From Candidatus Omnitrophota bacterium (GTDB lineage Bacteria; Omnitrophota; Gorgyraeia; Duberdicusellales; 4484-171): a stretch of 64,000 bases of DNA. Each line of letters opens with the position of its first letter. The stretch's first letter is position 1. Location of the stretch: the NCBI GenBank assembly GCA_041652815.1, contig JBAZGN010000001.1:253855-317854 (forward strand). The letters run 5' to 3'. Below are positions 61,611 through 64,000 of this stretch, piece after piece. A model generated the notes under the pieces. That model saw only the letters and a program-made list of their open reading frames with translations. It was not told the DNA's origin and ran no database searches. Position numbers and translations under genes: made by a program.

Positions 61611-61878
61611 AAAATAAGGATGTTTCTAATTTTTGAAAATGGATAAATAATTGCATGGATTTCTTTAATGGTTTGATACCTAAACTAAGTTTATGCATTA
61701 CTTGTAAACGCAATGGTGATGTGGAACGGGAAGCTTTCTGCGTATTAAATCGTATGGATCAAAAGGGCAAGGGCGATTTTAAATATGAAGCTTGTGGGCG
61801 GAAGCGAGTAGGATAATGACAGAGCGTTTATCCGCGTATAGCTTTGCGGTAATCCGTCCCTATCATTAAGGAGAAGAT

Positions 61879-62682
61879 ATGCCGGAATTGCCAGAGGTTG
61901 AAACAATTAAACGCGAATTAGAAAAAGCGGTTTTGGGGAAAAAAATCACAAAAGTTTCTGTGATTAACCCGAAAGTAATCAAAGAGCCGTCTCCTAAAGA
62001 ATTCCAAAAAGAAATTGCCGGCGCAACCATAAAAAATATTCTGCGAAAAGCAAAATTGCTGATTATTGAATTATCAAATGGCAAGTTTCTGGCAATCCAT
62101 CTTAAAATGACCGGTCAATTAATTTATCCGGGAAAAGGCTCTAAGCTTACAAGAGTTATTTTTAGCTTGTCTTCCGGTAAAGATTTAGATTTTAATGACG
62201 GCCGCTTGTTTGCGGAATTACGGCTGGTTGATGATTGGCAGAAATTAAAATTTATTCAAAGCTTGGGCCCGGAACCTTTTGATTTATCGTGCGAGCATTT
62301 TAAAAAAATGCTCGCCTCTAAAAAAACAAAGATAAAACCGCTTTTACTGGATCAAACATTTATTTCCGGTGTTGGCAATATTTACGCCAACGAAGCGCTG
62401 TTTCGCGCAAAAATCAACCCCGGCAGGCCGGCAAATAGCTTGTCGCAAAAGGAAAAAGAGCTCCTTTTTAATGAACTAAAAGAAACACTTAAAGAGGCAA
62501 TTGCCCATAAAGGTTCATCCGTTGACCAATATGTCCAGCTTTCCGGTGAAGATGGCGGTTACGCAAAGTACCACAAGGTTTACGATAGAGAAAAAAAGCC
62601 CTGTTTAAAATGTAAAATCCCTATCCAGCGAATAAGTTTAGGCGGCCGCGGCACATATTTTTGCCCGCACTGCCAAGCGTAA
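61879..62682 (+). CDS. mutM: Formamidopyrimidine-DNA glycosylase
   Basis: MPELPEVET N-terminal catalytic Pro/Glu; C-terminal Zn finger CLKCKIPIQRISLGGRGTYFCPHCQ. Confidence 0.85.
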   Translation: MPELPEVETIKRELEKAVLGKKITKVSVINPKVIKEPSPKEFQKEIAGATIKNILRKAKLLIIELSNGKFLAIHLKMTGQLIYPGKGSKLTRVIFSLSSGKDLDFNDGRLFAELRLVDDWQKLKFIQSLGPEPFDLSCEHFKKMLASKKTKIKPLLLDQTFISGVGNIYANEALFRAKINPGRPANSLSQKEKELLFNELKETLKEAIAHKGSSVDQYVQLSGEDGGYAKYHKVYDREKKPCLKCKIPIQRISLGGRGTYFCPHCQA

Positions 62683-62683
62683 A

Positions 62684-62870
62684 ACACAGATGATCGCAAA
62701 TAAGAAGATAGAAATACAGTTGAAACACGCTCGCTTTGCTCGCGAAATACAGTAGAAATACAATTGTATATCTACTGTATATCCACCGTATTTCTATCGT
62801 ATATTAATTACAGTGGAATTTATCTGTGATCATCTGCTCTCCAATCTGTGGTCATCTGTGTAATAAAACA
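62684..62870. repeat. MITE-like element, family A copy 3 (inverted orientation)
   Basis: cacagatgatcgcaaataag...aatacagtagaaatacaattgtatatctactgtatat...ccgtatttctatcgtatattaattacagtggaatttatctgtgatcatctgc..tctgtggtcatctgtgtaat. Confidence 0.75.
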
Positions 62871-62871
62871 A

Positions 62872-64000
62872 ATGTTAAACCAAAATGAAATAATCTCGCT
62901 ACTTAAACCTCACCTAAAAAAACCTTTTGTTTTTCTTGAAACAGCGAATTTCGATAAAGATAACGTAAGCTCTTTTTTGTTTAAAGATTTTTCTGAAGTT
63001 TTTATTTTTAATTACAAAGACGACGTAGACAAATTTTTTGAAAAAGCAGAAAGTTGTTTAGGGAAAAATCAATGGCTCTGCGGATTTTTTTCGTATGAAT
63101 TCGGCTACTGCCTTGAACCAGCACTATACTACCTAAAAGAAAAAAACAATTTTCCGCTTGCCTGGCTTGCCTGCTGTAAAGAGCCAGTTAAAATAATCAA
63201 CTGCCACCCTATTCCGGTTTGTGCCGATAGAAAATCAAAAAAAAGTTTTCGGATAAAAAATATAAAACCTAATATCAGCTACCGCCAATACGCAACCACA
63301 ATCAGAAAAATAAAAACATACCTTGGAAACGGCACCAACTACCAAACTAACTTTACCTTCAAGATAAAATTCTCTTTTTCAGGAGATGTTTTAAATTTCT
63401 ATGCTGCCTTGCGGGCAGCTCAGCCGACATCTTATATGGCGCTTATAAACACAGGCGAGTGTTTTATTATTTCTCTATCGCCGGAACTTTTTTTTAGGCA
63501 AGATGGCAATAAAATTACGACCAAACCCATGAAGGGAACTATCGGCCGCGGGAATACTTTATCCGAGGATAAGATAAATGAAAGCAAGCTAACGGCAGAC
63601 AAAAAAATAATGGCTGAGAACTTAATGATTGTTGATTTGCTGCGTAATGATTTAGGAAGAGTTTCAAAAAAAGTATGGGTGCCTGAGATTTTCTGCGCAG
63701 AAAAATACAGAACCCTTTACCAGATGACCTCAACCATATCAGCCAAGTTGAAAAATGATACCGGTATTCGGGAAATTTTTTCTTCGCTTTTCCCCTCCGG
63801 CTCGGTAACCGGCGCACCCAAGATAAAGACTATGGAGATTATCAAAGAATTGGAAAAAGAGCCCCGCAATATTTATACCGGAGCAATAGGCTATATCTCG
63901 CCGGCCCAAAAAGCCTGTTTTAACGTTGCAATAAGGACTATTGTGCTTTCTGAGGATAAAGGAGAAATGGGTATTGGCGGGGGCATTGTTTATGATTCAA
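62872..64000 (+). CDS. Chorismate-binding enzyme (aminodeoxychorismate/anthranilate synthase component I family), partial; runs off the window end
   Basis: ...SPELFFRQDGNKITTKPMKGTIGRG...IMAENLMIVDLLRNDLGRV...FPSGSVTGAPKIKTMEII...IYTGAIGY (PabB/TrpE signatures). Confidence 0.7.
   Translation, partial: MLNQNEIISLLKPHLKKPFVFLETANFDKDNVSSFLFKDFSEVFIFNYKDDVDKFFEKAESCLGKNQWLCGFFSYEFGYCLEPALYYLKEKNNFPLAWLACCKEPVKIINCHPIPVCADRKSKKSFRIKNIKPNISYRQYATTIRKIKTYLGNGTNYQTNFTFKIKFSFSGDVLNFYAALRAAQPTSYMALINTGECFIISLSPELFFRQDGNKITTKPMKGTIGRGNTLSEDKINESKLTADKKIMAENLMIVDLLRNDLGRVSKKVWVPEIFCAEKYRTLYQMTSTISAKLKNDTGIREIFSSLFPSGSVTGAPKIKTMEIIKELEKEPRNIYTGAIGYISPAQKACFNVAIRTIVLSEDKGEMGIGGGIVYDS

Overview
Low-GC (about 37-40%) bacterial chromosomal segment spanning the replication origin. 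Order on the origin side: tRNA cluster, rpoZ, gmk, yicC, ndk, parB, parA, five parS-like palindromes, yidC, yidD, rpmH, oriC-like AT-rich spacer, then dnaA, dnaN, DUF721, gyrB and gyrA on the plus strand. The first ~22 kb (all minus strand) is a surface-glycan (O-antigen/CPS-like) biosynthesis locus. It holds a CDP-3,6-dideoxyhexose pathway (ddhA/ddhB/ddhC-like, RmlC-like epimerase, reductase), GT2/GT9 glycosyltransferases, two pyruvyl transferases and a radical SAM protein. It also holds a 4Fe-4S/FrhB-like/hexapeptide-acetyltransferase fusion, an AKR, an SDR and a MenD-family ThDP enzyme, plus decayed paralog fragments. A GDP-mannose 4,6-dehydratase there is interrupted by a ~390-aa LAGLIDADG intein, next to a GDP-mannose 3,5-epimerase-like gene. 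Mobile-DNA signatures are dense. A free-standing LAGLIDADG homing-endonuclease ORF is wedged between tRNA-Cys and tRNA-Leu. tRNA 3'-end duplications sit at tRNA-Asp and tRNA-Glu, the latter followed by 139-bp tandem repeats and an HTH(Xis-type)+Doc toxin-antitoxin pair. At least eight MITE-like intergenic elements with CACAGAT(G/A)AT...AT(C/T)ATCTGTG termini lie among glmS, the pyr operon, carB, fpg and a pabB-like gene. All calls come from reading the sequence and ORF translations; no database search was run.
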